NCBI GenBank assembly: GCA_000004695.1 | Contig: CM000154.2 | Span: 4,512,001-4,576,000, forward strand | Reading direction: 5' to 3' | Source of the DNA: Dictyostelium discoideum | Taxonomy: Eukaryota | DNA: 64,000 nucleotides | In this document: piece after piece, positions 63,723-64,000 of the stretch | Position numbering within the stretch: the stretch's first letter is position 1 | Layout of the letters: each line of letters opens with the position of its first letter | The notes under the pieces: generated by a model | The model's input: the letters and a program-made list of their open reading frames with translations, nothing else | What the model was told of the DNA's origin: nothing | Database searches by the model: none | Translations under genes and position numbers: made by a program

Positions 63723-64000
63723 TTTTTATTTTTATTTTGTTTCTACTTTTTTTTTTGTTTTTGTTTTTATTATTTTTTTTTTTTTTATAATATTAAAAAA
63801 ATGAATAGTTACATCAATATCAAGGTCTTTAGTTAATCTTAATTGTTTAGTTTTGTTTTGATGATAAAACTACTTTCGAAATGTCGAGTATTTTGTCAGC
63901 CAATACAATGGGGTCACAATCCAAATATGTTGTGTTGTTTAAATTTAAAAATAATTCAAATTATGACCAAATTGTAGAGGAAAGCAAAATACTCTGAATT

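Overview
This 64-kb window is highly AT-rich eukaryotic DNA with the hallmarks of a Dictyostelium (social amoeba) chromosome: short GTAAGT/GTATGT...AG introns, AAAATG start contexts and in-frame (AAT)n poly-Asn tracts. Positions 1-47,000 form a cluster of large iterative type I reducing polyketide synthase (PKS) genes. Their domain order, read from motifs, is KS-AT-DH-CMeT-ER-KR-ACP-R.

- PKS-A (+ strand, 1..5670) is partial at its 5' end. Its terminal exon lies after a 103-bp intron.
- PKS-B (- strand, 10863..20622) is a complete convergent inverted near-copy of A, in 7 exons and about 3078 aa.
- A decayed PKS pseudogene (6187..10346) lies between A and B.
- A four-exon cytochrome P450 gene (- strand, 22536..24338) sits next to B.
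- PKS-C (+ strand, 27649..35267) has lost its terminal reductase domain through a frameshift plus a deletion of roughly 1.3 kb.
- A mosaic PKS pseudogene (35640..37120) separates C from D.
- PKS-D (+ strand, 38115..46976) is an intact tandem near-copy of C, about 2931 aa.

The arrangement of PKS paralogs, pseudogenes and a P450 looks like an actively evolving secondary-metabolite gene cluster.

Non-genic elements in this part of the window include:
- a 264-bp element with perfect 33-bp terminal inverted repeats (20745..21008)
- a degenerate 39-bp tandem repeat with a Thr/Pro-rich reading frame (21690..22030)
- a 5'-truncated non-LTR retrotransposon 3' fragment (25478..26840) with a CCHC motif and a poly(A) tail

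Downstream of the cluster are ordinary housekeeping-type genes:
- an intron-containing alternative NADH dehydrogenase (NDH-2)
- a K/E-rich hypothetical protein
- a poly-Asn-rich hypothetical protein interrupted by a 100-N assembly gap
- two tandem small C2-domain paralogs
- dynactin subunit 6 (p27)
- eIF2B-delta
- a hypothetical two-exon protein
- a short seven-exon SID1/SIDT-family transmembrane protein that lacks the usual extracellular domain

All exon boundaries are inferred by eye from GT..AG signals, reading-frame continuity and paralog or ortholog alignment. No database search was possible.
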